From Octopus bimaculoides (taxonomy: Eukaryota): 64,000 nucleotides of DNA. A program made the position numbers and the translations under genes. The first letter of the stretch is position 1. Every line of letters starts with the position of its first letter. Below are positions 1-12,825 of this stretch, piece by piece. The notes beneath the pieces were generated by a model. That model ran no database searches. It saw only the letters and a list, made by a program, of their open reading frames with translations, and was not told the origin of the DNA. Location: the NCBI RefSeq assembly GCF_001194135.2, contig NC_068982.1, forward strand, positions 41,035,828 through 41,099,827, written 5' to 3'.

Positions 1-494
1 ACTATGTGAATGAGAAGCAAACTTCTTACCACACATCCATATCTGCACTAGTATTTTAATCCTTTGAAGTCAAAAGATAACTGGATGCAACTATTATTCT
101 ATTAGAATATCTCACAAAATAAAATTGAACCCACTCAATTCAACTGTCTCAAAGAGAGTAGTTACGCAATTGCTAAGATGCAAACTAAAGTAACTATTTC
201 AGGCTTTGCCATCTTTGCTTTCTGTGCCTAAGTCATTGTTATTGAAACTATTGTTTTCATTTCAATTGTAGTGTATGTAAAACTATATTAACCAATGTGT
301 ACTTCGTTTACCTTTAGGATGGAAAGGTGCAATGAGAGAGACCTGCAGCTTTTTCTATTAAGTCCAGTGACCTTATAGGGTCTCTCTGTGCAGGAGTAGA
401 TGTGTAAAGCTAAACTGGATGGAAAGTTACAAGGCAATTTGGAAAGTGACTGAGAATTAACTGACCAAAGTGGGCAGGAGAGATAACTATTAAC

Positions 495-810
495 ATAGCT
501 TAGTGGTTAGGGTATTCAGTTGACAATCATAAGGTCATGAGTTCAAATCCCAGCAGCATGTCATGTCCTTGAGCAAGACACTTTATTTCAAGTTGCTCCA
601 ATCCATTCAGCTGGCAAAAGTGAGTGGTACCTGTAATTCAATGGGCCAGTCATGTCACATTCCATTTCACACTGAATCTCCCTGAGAAATATGTAAAGGG
701 CACACGTGTTTGTGGAGTGCTTAGCTATTTGCATTTTAAATTCACAAGCAGATTGTTCCACCGACTGGATCAACTAGAATCCTCATCATTGTAAGCAACA
801 CAGTGCCAGA
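495..810 (+). mobile_element. tRNA-derived SINE family B
   Basis: tagcttagtggttagg...gagttcaaatccc head and tgtccttgagcaagacact core. Related copies at ~5205-5480, 50555-50700, 57095-57370 and 62110-62370. Confidence 0.8.
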
Positions 811-1936
811 CACTCTCATATGGACAAGCAAGATCAAATGGATGAATTCTAGGTGAAGAAAGGCCATGTGGTGTCAGTGAAGTATTTTTATTGCAGACAA
901 CAACAAAGAGGTGAATTAGAAGATAGAATTAAATAGCAATATATTGTATAACAGACCTGTTCAATCTATACTATCATGAAGGAAATATTTCAACATTGAT
1001 AATGAAAGCTGAACACCAGAGGTGTAACGGATGTAATTGTATCATCAATCTTCTCAATCATGTGTCAATCCAACTTCGACACTGGTATGTTTCAGATTTC
1101 TTATGCTGCCAATCAGACAGGTCTTTGAATATACCAAGGAAAGATGCCACCCAACAAACTGAACACTTTTTTTCCCGTTCACTCCCATTCATTCACAACA
1201 TATTGGTTTCAAATTTTGGCACAGGGCCAGCAATTTGGGGGAAAGATGTAAGTCAATTACATTGACCCCAGTATTCAACTGGTACTTATTTTACCAATTC
1301 CTAAAGAATGAAAAGCAAAGTTGACCACAGAATGTAAAGATGGACGAAATGTTACCAAGCATTTTGTCAGGCATGCCAACAATTATGCCAGTCAATGCTT
1401 TATTCATGCACTACATATTACCAAACAGTCATAGACTTCTGTTTCCCAACGTCCTTGACAAACCAGCTTTTAAATGCAGAAAAGCCTACCTGACAGAACT
1501 TCACAGAACAAATCCAGTAAATAACAATTTCTTGAATAGGTACAAGGTCAGGCAGAAGTTTGGTGAAAAAAGTAGTCAGTTAAATCAATAAATACCAAGA
1601 TTATCTTATCAACCCCAGAAGGATGAAAAGCAGGATTTGAACACTGAGTGTTGAGGGCCATAACTAAATACTGAAAGGTATTTTATCGGATGCTCTAATG
1701 ATTTTGCAAAATCATCTAAATCCAGCTAATAATAGCACTGGCATTTTAATTTTCCCCATATTTAAAAATTACTTTTAATGAGTTCTTCAGATTATAAGAT
1801 TTAATTTCATTAAAAATCAAAAACTAGAGCCACACTAATATAAATATAGACAAATACATTTTCTTCTCCATTTTAAAGCAATTTACTTCTTAAGGTATCT
1901 ATAAGAAATTATGGAATTAAGCAATAAAATCAATAC

Positions 1937-2015
1937 CTGAAGAACATGGAGTGTACAAGCTTTATCACATAAATTAGATGTTGTAATTATACTAGTCCAG
2001 AGATGAAGTAGATGC
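1937..2015 (-). CDS. RPP14: RPP14-like internal coding exon (79 nt, phase 2 to 0)
   Basis: Acceptor ttctttctgtttcag| and donor |gtattg. Encodes HLLHLWTSIITTSNLCDKACTLHVLQ, versus recalled human GLVKLWSSLTLLGSYKGKKCAFRVIQ. The last exon was not found and probably lies left of the window. Confidence 0.88.
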
Positions 2016-3140
2016 CTGAAACAGAAAGAAATATCATTAACAATGGATCATCATTTATTCAACCATGTTCAAATTATATTTGAAAACTCAATATATTAAA
2101 AAGCATAGATGTGATCTTGTACTAGGGAGGCTATTATGAACTGCATTAAAATGACTATCATGCACTTAAAGTTAGATTTGTGTCTAACCTAAAGTCAAAG
2201 ACAAACATCTAACATTTTAAACATTACAATTCTCCTTGTAAAAATCTTTACATACTTGATACAAAGATATATCGATTATTCAATGTACTTATCTTTTATA
2301 CAGCTTCTTAAAACTATTGTAAGCTTATTAAATGAAAAAAAAAAAAACATTGTTTTGGGTTCAATAATTAATTTATCAGCAATAGCTTGGTTGTGCAAAT
2401 TTGAAGATTTGCATAAGTTACAAAAGTATCTAATTCGGTTTCAAATTTTGGTACAAAGCCAGCAATTTCATGGAGGGGTTAAGCCAATTACATTGAATCC
2501 AGTGCTCAAATTGTACTTATTTTATAAACCCTAAAAGGATAAAAGGCAAAGTCGACCATGGCAGCATTTGAATTCAGAACAAATGTTGCTAAGCATTTTG
2601 TCTGGTAGCGATTCTGCCAGCTCACCATCTTACAGAAGTATCTAATTTAACACAAGAATGATTCTCCTAACACTAATCACTTAATAAAAGGAATATATAC
2701 TTCACTTACATACCATTTTCATGTCATAATTAAGTCAATATGAAATTGAGATTATTAAATAATGCAAGACTAATCTAGGGATATAGTTATTCTGATAGAT
2801 TTTGAAGCTAATCAATAAGTATAAATCAGGGGTCAGCAACAGATGAGCCACCATGGGTCTCAAGTCTTTTCTAAAATTTTCTCAAATCTAATATATTTGT
2901 GAACCATCGAAAGTTGATGGCTTTTAGTTAGACTTTTCTGTTACAATTTAATTTTTGTCTATTTAAGCATTACCAGTGAGAAATAGGGGATACAAAACGA
3001 TATTTTTATATGTGGGCCATGGACAAATGAAAAAATACCAAGACAGACAATTGCAAGAAGATATTGGCCCCTTGCATACATTCTAACGAAATTTGAAATG
3101 TGCACATAAATGTACATAATATATATATATATATATATAT

Positions 3141-3426
3141 ATTCAGGTGAATATGGTACTTAAGTTTAGGCACTAGAATTTAGTATGGTATTACCCATAC
3201 AATTTCAAAGTAAGGTGATTAAAATCAAAATAAGCAACAAGGATACCCAGAGGTAATGCAGTACGATCGTTTCATGCAACTCCATTTAATTGAACTATGT
3301 AATCAATGCAGAGCAATCTTCAGCTGCACAGAGACATAGAATGATTACATTGTTCAATTAAATGGAGTTGCATGAAACAATCGTACTGCATTACCTCTGG
3401 ATATCGTTGTTGCTTATTTTGATTTT
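3141..3426 (-). mobile_element. Probable Penelope-like terminal repeat with an inverted partial copy
   Basis: A ~200-bp unit carrying the hammerhead plus an 85-bp inverted duplicate (3221-3305 vs 3342-3426, 4 mismatches), flanked by (TA)n on both sides. Confidence 0.45.
3257..3328 (-). ncRNA. Type I hammerhead ribozyme-like motif
   Basis: Minus strand reads tgcag-CTGAAGA-ttgc...gcat-GAAAC-gatc-GTA-ctgca. Stem I is tgcag/ctgca, stem III is the palindrome ACGATCGT, and the cleavage triplet is GUA. The stem II closing pair is U.U (non-canonical). Confidence 0.65.
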
Positions 3427-4718
3427 ATATATATATAAACACACACATATGCACACTTTTCTGTGTACATAACTATTTTACATGCATGTACATGTTAGTA
3501 ACACAAGATTCAACAAACTATTGAAACAATGTTACTTTACAACCAGATACACTTACTGATAACTATTCATTTGAAACCTGTTAATGGAATATGATTTTTG
3601 ACCTAATGAAGCAAGCAGAGTTATGTACCTTCACATAGGCTATAAGTGACGGTTTTTTAAAAAAAAAACACTGATCAATAAAGCCACTGTGGCTCATTTA
3701 TTATTAATTACCAATCAAGTATTATATGACTTTCTGGTGAAAGATCTAATTTAGATGATAGATTGACAACAGTTTCATGTTTCTCACAGTATAAACCATA
3801 AAACAGAGTCATAAGGTGTATGTATTTGAAACAATGTTAAAAGTGACAGAGAAAGGCCACAACAGTTCATGTTAGAAATGAAATCAAAACTCTAAATATG
3901 GACTGTGTATTTTACTATTTCAACTATAAAAGGTTTTATGAATAAGGGTAGATGAAACGTTCTGACTCAAAAGAATGCAGATGATGGATGGTATTACTAA
4001 TATAAAATCTGCTGCACTTATTACTACACTGTACCTACTAGATAGTTCCTCAGGGAAAGTTCAAAAGGAGCAGTTTCTATATCTACTCCATCTCTACGGA
4101 TTATCAAAGCAGACTGCAGCAATAATGCTACTGTCAAAGTGCATCAGCTTTTATGAAGTACTGCAGTTGGAGGGGTTCAGCTTGGCAAGTAGTGTTGTTA
4201 CCAAGTTGTTAACTGGATATACATTATCCTATAGTACTTTTTGAAAGTGCTTTGAGTTGGCAGTTCTATCTTGTTATTTATATAGGTGATCAAGTTCTGA
4301 ATGTATGCAGCCTTGACACTGGTTAGTCAGACTAATCAGCAATGTACACAGAGACGACAACAGATAGCTTTCCTGCAGACGTCAGTGTTAATGACTTTTT
4401 TGTGATTCTGAGTTGAAAATGCAACAGAGGAAATGAATCCATTGTTGGGATATTCCGTGTTGAACCTATATGATCATCAGCGTTGTTTGCCTCTCCACAA
4501 GAATATGAGAGTGTCTATCATATATATTTTCTCTTCTTACTTGTTTCAGTCATGAGACTGCAGCCATGCTGGGGCACCGCCTTGAAGAATTTTAGTTGAA
4601 TGAATCAACACCAGTACTTATTCTACCCAACACTTTTGCCAAACCACTATGTTATGGGGATGTAAACACACAACATCAGTTGCCAAACAGTGGGGAGGGG
4701 ACAAACACAGATGCAAAG

Positions 4719-4751
<33 letters not shown>

Positions 4752-4878
4752 CATACACACGAAGGGCTTCTTTCAGTTTCCATCAACCAAATCAACTCTC
4801 AAGGCTATAATAGAAGACATTTGGCCAAGGTGCCGCACAAAATGGGATTGAACTTGGAACTATATAAATGTATGTATG

Positions 4879-4922
<44 letters not shown>

Positions 4923-5719
4923 CACACAGAGGAAATCATAAAAGTAGCTAGCTGAGGCTCTGCATCCTGATTGGTCCATAAATATGATGGAACATATTTC
5001 ATTTCTATTAAAATCATAACTATTTAGAAGGATCAAAATTTTCAGATATATTTGTATTTATACATGCATATGTGCATGCACATGTGGACGTGCAAAGATA
5101 CCCAACTTTTACTAAATGAAACTAATTATAATTAATATAATGTATGATTTATTACTTTTTATGTAATACTCCACATATATTTCATATAGCCAAATAGTGA
5201 AGGTGTATGGCTCAGCGGTTAGAGCATCAGGTTCACAATCATGAGGTAGTGAGTTTGATTCCCAGACTTGGCAATGTATTGTGTTCTTGAACAAGACACT
5301 ATCTCACGCTGCTGCAGTTCACTCAGCTGTAGAAATAAGTTGCAACATCACTGATGCCAACCTGTATTGGCCTTTGCCTTTCCCTTGGATAATACCAGTA
5401 GCACAGAGAGGGGAGACTGATATGCATGGGCGACTGCTGGTCTTCTGTAAACAACTTTGCCCAGACTTGTACCTCAGAGGGAACTTTCTAGGTCAAAGCA
5501 TAATAGAAGTAAACAAGTGTCACTATCATGTAAGTGGTATCCCTTGTTTCCAATGTCCTGCGAAAAACACGTCTGGTCATGGTGTACTATTTACCTTATA
5601 TGGAAACAGGTGAGGGTAGGTGATGGAAAGGACATTCAACCATAGAAACTCTGCCTCAATAAATTCTGAAGGGGATCTTTACCCTTTTAATATAGAAAAA
5701 AAAAAAAAAATTTTCTTAC

Positions 5720-5796
5720 GAGTGCGGCACCATAAGAATAGTTTCAAGTTTTTGCTCATCAAATTTCCGAATAAAGATATTTGCAGAAGCTGCAAT
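5720..5796 (-). CDS. RPP14: RPP14-like internal coding exon (77 nt, phase 0 to 2)
   Basis: Acceptor ttatttcaaacag| and donor |gtaaga. Encodes IAASANIFIRKFDEQKLETILMVPH(S), versus recalled human VDAALPLDILTYEEKTLSAILRICSS. Phase is compatible with both neighbouring exons. Confidence 0.88.
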
Positions 5797-7907
5797 CTGT
5801 TTGAAATAAGAAAATACAAATAATACTGTTAAGGCAAAACAGAAAGTAGCATAAATCATTCACAACACATTAAGACACACTAGTACATAACAGAACCTTA
5901 TAAACACTATTTCCATATATTGTGACAATGAAACCAAAATCAATAAGCTGGCACTTTCCATCATCATTTTAACATCAACTTTTTCATGCCCTGGGTCAGA
6001 TGAAATTTATTGAGGCAGAGTTTCTATGGCTGGATGTCCTTTCCATCACCTACCCTCACCTGTTTCTATATAAGGTATTAGTTCACCATGACCAGATGTG
6101 TTTTTCGCAGGACATTGGAAACAAGGGATACCACTTACATGACAGTGACACTTGTTTACTATTATGCTATGTCAAGACAAGATGACAGTAACACACAAAC
6201 ACACATACATAGATACATATGTATGGACTTTTTTCAGTTCTTGTCAAACCAAATCCACTCACAAGGTTTTGGTCAACCCATAGATATAGTAGAAGACACT
6301 AGCCCAAGGTGTCATGCATTGAAATTGAAGCCAGAACCATGTGGTTGGTAAGCAAACTTCTTACCACACGCCATGCCTGTGTGCCTGATGTGTACACACA
6401 CACGGCAAGGCTGTGAGAGTATAAAGTTTAGGCCCTATGGTCTCAGGTTGTCTCATTGCATGGTATTTTGAGCATGCATCTTCTATAGCATTTGACAAAC
6501 CGATGCTCTCCGAGTGAATTTGGAACTGTATGGAACCCCATCATCATCATTTAATGTGTTTTCCATGCTGACATTGGCTGAATGGTCTGACAAGAGCTGA
6601 CCAGCTGAAGGACTGTTCAGGCTCCATGTCTGTTTTGGCATAGTTTCTATGGCTGGATACCTTTCCTAATGCTAACCACTTTATAGAGTGCACTGGGTGC
6701 TTTTACGCAGCACCAGCACAGGTGCTTTTTACATGGCACCGCCACCTATGAGCCCACAAGATTAGGAACACTCAGCTGGAGAGGGTTGCATGGGACAAGC
6801 CTGTATGCAAGGACAACCACACTTTTACTTAGCTCAATGTGTCTTTCCAAGCACAGCAAACTGCCAGGAGTCTCAGTCCCGTCATCCACTCTGTGAGTCC
6901 CAACATCTGTAGATTCTTTCTCACCACTTCATCCCTCTTCCTGGGTCTACCCCCTTATATATTCCCCCTACAGTTAGAGATAGGCACTTCTTGATGCAAC
7001 TGTCTTCATTCATATGCATTACACACACACACAGTCCAACCCATGCCAGCATAGAAAGCAGAAACAATGATGATGATGAGGATGTATGTACATATATATA
7101 TATATATTAGATAAATCAAAAATTAAAAATAACAAAACAACAAAAGTCAAAAAGATATACACAGGGAATGTATTAGTTTGATGCTCAGTATAAAATTGAA
7201 AAAAAGAATGGAGATATAACATTTTAAGCATGGTTCTACACACATATCACATTTGTGTGTGTATTTGTATCTGAATTTGTGTTTGGGTGAATGTTTGCAT
7301 TCTATATGCATGTTGCACAAAACCAAGCTTAAAATGGTGTGGTTAATTGACATTCATTGTCACCAAAATTATCCTCCAACATGGAATAATATGAAAAAAA
7401 AAAATGAATTAATAGTACAGAATAGTGACAGGAAGGGCATCCAGAAGTAAAATAATGCTTCAGTGGGTATTTGCTCAACCCTTGCCATCGTGGAAAATGA
7501 ATGTTAAATATTGATATATCATCATACCTTTAATGTCTACTTTTCCATACCTGCCTGTTTCCAAGTAAGGTAATATTTCCTCATGACAGATCAAGTTTTC
7601 ACAGAATATTGAAAATGAATGACACTCATTTACATCTATCAAATGATCTCAAGACAAGGAGACACAAACACACACGACACATCTTTGAGTTTCCATCTAC
7701 CAAATCTACTCACAAGGATTTGGTTGGTGTGGGGCTATAGCAGAAGACATTTGCCCAAGATGTCATGCAGTGAAACTGAACCCAGAACTATGTGGTTAGG
7801 AAACAAACTTTTTACCATACAGTCATACTACATATATATAAGCATTTGTGGATGGGCTGTAACCAGTGATGTTTATTGGCATTTCCTATCAAAAAATTGA
7901 TCACTAG

Positions 7908-7941
<34 letters not shown>

Positions 7942-8003
7942 TAGACACACACACACACACATGGCCCATTGAAAAAAAATAAATAATTTCACAAGGTACA
8001 TAC

Positions 8004-8088
8004 TTCACCATGTAGTGATCTCATAGCCTTGAGGAGCAGAGATTTGAAGTTTGCTGCATTGATGGTGTCATTTTTATCAGCAAATTCT
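8004..8088 (-). CDS. RPP14: RNase P/MRP subunit p14-like, internal coding exon (85 nt, starts phase 2, ends phase 0)
   Basis: Acceptor ttgtag| and donor |gtatgt. Translates to EFADKNDTINAANFKSLLLKAMRSLHGE, colinear with human RPP14 EFQDCGVGLNAAQFKQLLISAVKDLFGE as I recall it. Confidence 0.88.
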
Positions 8089-11000
8089 CTACAATAGAAA
8101 TAAATTACTTAAATAACAAACTATATTCTTGAAGGTATTTTTTTTTTCAACTGATATAATTCAGTTTCTATAATTAAGTAAAAATAAATAAACAAATAAA
8201 TAAAATAAAAAATAAAGGCATGTCGCAAATCCAATTTTGATAAGTTTCATTACCAACACAGTAACCTAAGTACTACCCTGGCACCTTGTTTCAGTCAGTC
8301 CTAAAGTACACTAACCCTTATAACATCTGAACCAGCCATGTACAAGCCAAATGTTCTAGTTTTATGTTCAAACTGGCCAGATCTGGCCTCTCACACTTAC
8401 CTATAATGTCATTCTAATAATATACAACAACATCAAAATCTTGAAGGTATGAGATAATGCATAATTAACTCAAAACAATATGAATAAATAATTAGATTTG
8501 ACAGAGTAAGCTAAATGCCAAAAGGGCTAATACAAAATTTCCGAAATTCCATTATTTTCCCTATATAAGTTCTTTCATAAAAAGAGCAAATACTACGCAA
8601 TGTTCTTGCCCTTTTCAAAAACATTAGCTAAGAAGTGAAGGTAGAAGACCTCAATTCAATTCAATTGCAATTAAAGTCATGAGCCTGGCTCATAAAAAAT
8701 TTAATTAGTTATTTGAATACTGAACTTGTGATCAAACTGTCACAATACAAACCACATTTGTTTGTCAAACTGGAAAAAAAAAATATCATTTCAAATTCAG
8801 TTGAACCTCATTTATGTTAACTTATTTGTTATATTAACTGGCTTCAGTTGATATATAAATCAACACGAAATGAATATTAAAACCAAAGCAATGATTGAAC
8901 ACTGCAAGTACTTGCTGGTGAAAAAAACAATACATTTTCAAACAATATATAAATTCTATCATAACATATAACTAACTTAATTGAAACTAATCTTCTCCAC
9001 TAACCTAAAAAGCAGTCCACAAAGCTTACTAAACACCTTACCTGCACTCATACCAAACTAATACATGACCTACACAGTAAAACAGGAGATATTAAGTACA
9101 GTCTATGTTGCCGACTTCAATTTACACAGTATCTTCCACTGTATGTACAACCAGCCACAAACCTAGAAACACACGAGTACAAATCAACACCATCGTGAAA
9201 CACCTGATACACATCGAAATGAGCTAACCATGTTCAAAATCTGTTAAGTTCTTAACTCCAATGAAGTCATGTGAACTGAATCTGTTAAAATAAGCATAAC
9301 TTGTCTACAGCTAACCATTATGCTGATAAGTACAGACTAGCTATAAAAAAAAAATGAAATACTCTGTTTTTGATTAGCTACCAGTATGCCATAATAATTC
9401 TCACAAGACTTGCTCTGACTTTTCTATGACCCCACTATTTCCTTCAGTACGTGGATAACTAAATTCTTATGGTAGCAGACAGTTAGCTAAGTTAACAGTT
9501 CACTTTCTGTCACCAGCAACTTAGCTCTACCACAAGTGATCATGCAGTGATAGAGACTACCAGTGTTAGCAGTGATAGCATTATAGAATTTAGAAGTAAT
9601 TTGCTGTAATACAATGAGAGAGTTCAATTCAGCCTATGGAAAAACTATCTACACTAAATCAGTCTCTTGGCCAAGATCAGATTTATCTCATTCACTTAAT
9701 GCTATGGAAATGAGAAGCATCATCTTTTATAAATTGTGATTCACGAAAAAAAAAAAAAAAGGGTTACTTCCCTGTCACACATTAGCTTCAACATGAAAAT
9801 TCCATCTATAAACTGAATTAGTTGTCACATAAAAGATCAATAATTTCGCCAACATAATTAGAAGTCAGGCCTCCTCTTCTGTCAGATGGGGCAAAATTTC
9901 TTCTTGGGAATTTGTCGTCTTGGCTTTGAAGGTACCACAAAATTCATTCAGAAAAAACCCCACCCTCATGCACTTTTGAAATTTGGAAAGAAAATTAGTT
10001 CAAAGATATGTACTTAGTCAAAATACCAAGATATTGAACTTTTCAACTCATGTTTTTCGTTTTGGTCTCTAGCTATTTCTAAATCATGAGAATTGTACAT
10101 TGATGTTTCACTATTCACTATAGTTTAATAATGACTAATATGTATGAGTTTTTCTCAATACTATAATTCAATGTAAAAAGACTACATGAAAGACAAAGAC
10201 ACTTCCATACAATATTGCACCAACTATTTTTTCTTTCAAATCCAGACATCAGAACTGACAGATGAGCAAAAGAAATGTTTCCAAGAGGCTCTCCTGCATG
10301 CCACATAGATAATGAATGACTTGCAACCTCATTATCACAAGTGACAAACTGAAATGGATTTGTTAGGCAACACCATGATGGTTACTCGAGTCTACATGGA
10401 AGCTATGGATATGGTAGGAAGATTAATAAAAGGGCCAACAGTCTTAGAATTTTTTTTTTTTTTTTTTACACAAATAACCCAGCCGTTTACAATGCTAACT
10501 TTCGAAAAACCAGCCAACCACCTGATCACCAACCAGTCAAGAAGTTGCAAGCCAGGGAGACTTCATAATCACCAGAAAACTGGATAGGCATACAGTTTTA
10601 AATACTAAGTCTTTTTTCTAGTATATATTACATGTAGAGAATCAGAAAAAAGTTTGCCAATGTTCTGCAATAAAAGGGTCAGAGAGTCAGGGGGTTCCGG
10701 AGTGTAAAACAGTATGGCAGTGTGAATTAATCCTTTGGCATTCAGATTATTCTGTCAAATGTAATGCTTATTCATTCACATTATTTTCACTTCATCCTGC
10801 ATTATTTCAAAGCTTTGAGGTTACAATTATGTGATTTTATATTTTTAGAATAAAATTGTAGGGTAGAGAGGAGAGGCCAGATCTGGCCAGTTTGGATAAT
10901 AAAACAGGTACAATATTTGGGCCAAATATGGCCGGTTTAAATGCTAAAGGGTTAAAACATTATCCTTGAAATGTTTAGTTGAATAAATCAATCAAGTACT

Positions 11001-12825
11001 TATTGAAGTTTAGTACTTATTCTACCAGTCTCTTTTGCTGAACTGCTAAATTACAGGGACATAAACAAACCAACATCAATTGTCAAATAGTGGGTACAAA
11101 CACATACATATATACATAACGGGTTGCCACAGTTTCTGTCTACCAAATTCACTCACAAGGCATTGGCTGGCCCAGAGCTATAACAGAAGACACTTGCCCA
11201 AGTTGACACACCAGTGGATCTAAACCCAAAACCACACGGTTTCAAAGCATGCTTCTGGACCATACAGCAATGCCTGCACTTGTTATGCAACCTTATTTAC
11301 TAAACTTGGATAAGTTTATTTACATTGCCTGACCTTCAACACCAACAAATATCATTTTCACTGTCAGTGTTCTCACCTCAACTAGTGACTATTTTTAACT
11401 ACGTAAGACACAAAGCCATGTATTATTTTTAGAGTGTTCACTAATCACTAGTATACAAACTCTGAAAGAAAATAAATGTTTTGCACCAGTTATTAACAAT
11501 CACTTACTTTCATGTTTCTTACCACTGTCGTAATCTCTCACTTTCTAGGTTACAAGCTAATCACACAGAACATCTTTATTCAATACGATTTTGTCATAAT
11601 GGAGAAAAAAAATTATCATTGTCACTAAAAAATTACTCAGACATGATTGCACAAAAAATAAATAGGATAGGATATACTATTCATTTCAACAGCATAGAAA
11701 ATTAAAAGACAAATTAATACTTATATTGCTATTTTAGATTCTCTATAGTCAACTTATTCAGCTTTTAACCCTTCAGAATTTAAACCGTCCATATCCAGCC
11801 AAAGTCTTCCACCTGTTTTATGTTCAAACCAGCATGATCTAGCCTCTCACACCTATCCTGCAATGTTATTCTAAAAATAGACAATCACATCACCAAAATC
11901 TCATGGTTACGAGATAATGCAGATTAATCCAAAACAATTTGAATAAACAAGTATTATATTTGATAGGGTAATCTGAGTGCCAAAAGACCCTAGAATGAAA
12001 CCATATAATCTGAGAAAACTAGAGTAAGTTTTGCAAATGATATGTATCAAATACACTAACTTTAGGCATTCTCCTGTCCATTTTAGCTGAGGGTCAACAC
12101 AAATTATGGTCAAAACAAAATATAGAAAATTATAAAACATTGTTACCTACATTTTAACTAATAAAAACCAATTCTTCAAGGGAGGTTTTACAACAATTCT
12201 TTGAAGTTTAAGAGTTTTCATTTTCCTAAAAAGAAATAAAATTTTTAAAAATTGAATATAAAACTTTAAAAAAAACAACCTTGCTTCCTAACCAAATGGC
12301 ACCTTGGGCAAGCATCTTCTACTATAACAACAGACCAACCAAAGGCCTTGACAGGTGGATTTGGTAGATGGAAATTGAAAGACAACCGCCGTATATATAT
12401 GTATATATCTATGCATGTGTCTTTGTATCTGTGTTTGTCCCCCTCCCCCATCATCACCTGACAACTGGTGTTGGTGTGTTCCCATAATTTAGCAGTTCGG
12501 CAAAAGAACCAATAGAATAAGTACAAGGCTTAAAAAAAGGTCATGGGGTCGATTTGTTCGACTGAAACTCTTCAAGGCAGTGCTCCAGCATGGCCACAGT
12601 AAAATGAATAAAACAATATCAATCAGAAATTTAAGGTGAATACAATTAATTGCTGTAATGTTTTCATTATTTTGAAGTTGCAGGCATGGCTGTATAGTTA
12701 GATATGAAGTTTGCTCCCCAGCTACATGGTTCCAAGTTCAATCCCACTGCATTGGTACCTTGGGCAAATGTCTTCCACAATAGCTTCTTGACAACCAAAG
12801 CCTTGTGAGTGAATTTAATAGTAGA

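Noticed and set aside
495-570. tRNA-like A/B boxes (also at 5205, 36717, 57095)
   Set aside because: These are SINE heads; there is no cloverleaf or acceptor stem.
3950-4490. Possible LINE endonuclease remnant on the minus strand; similar ambiguous stretches at ~31540-31900, 39050-39500 and 49500-50500
   Set aside because: Too degenerate to assign a motif with confidence without a profile search.
10594-10664. Alternative RPP14 first coding exon (good splice sites, ends YLKL in phase 2)
   Set aside because: In-frame TAG immediately before YLK and no usable ATG.
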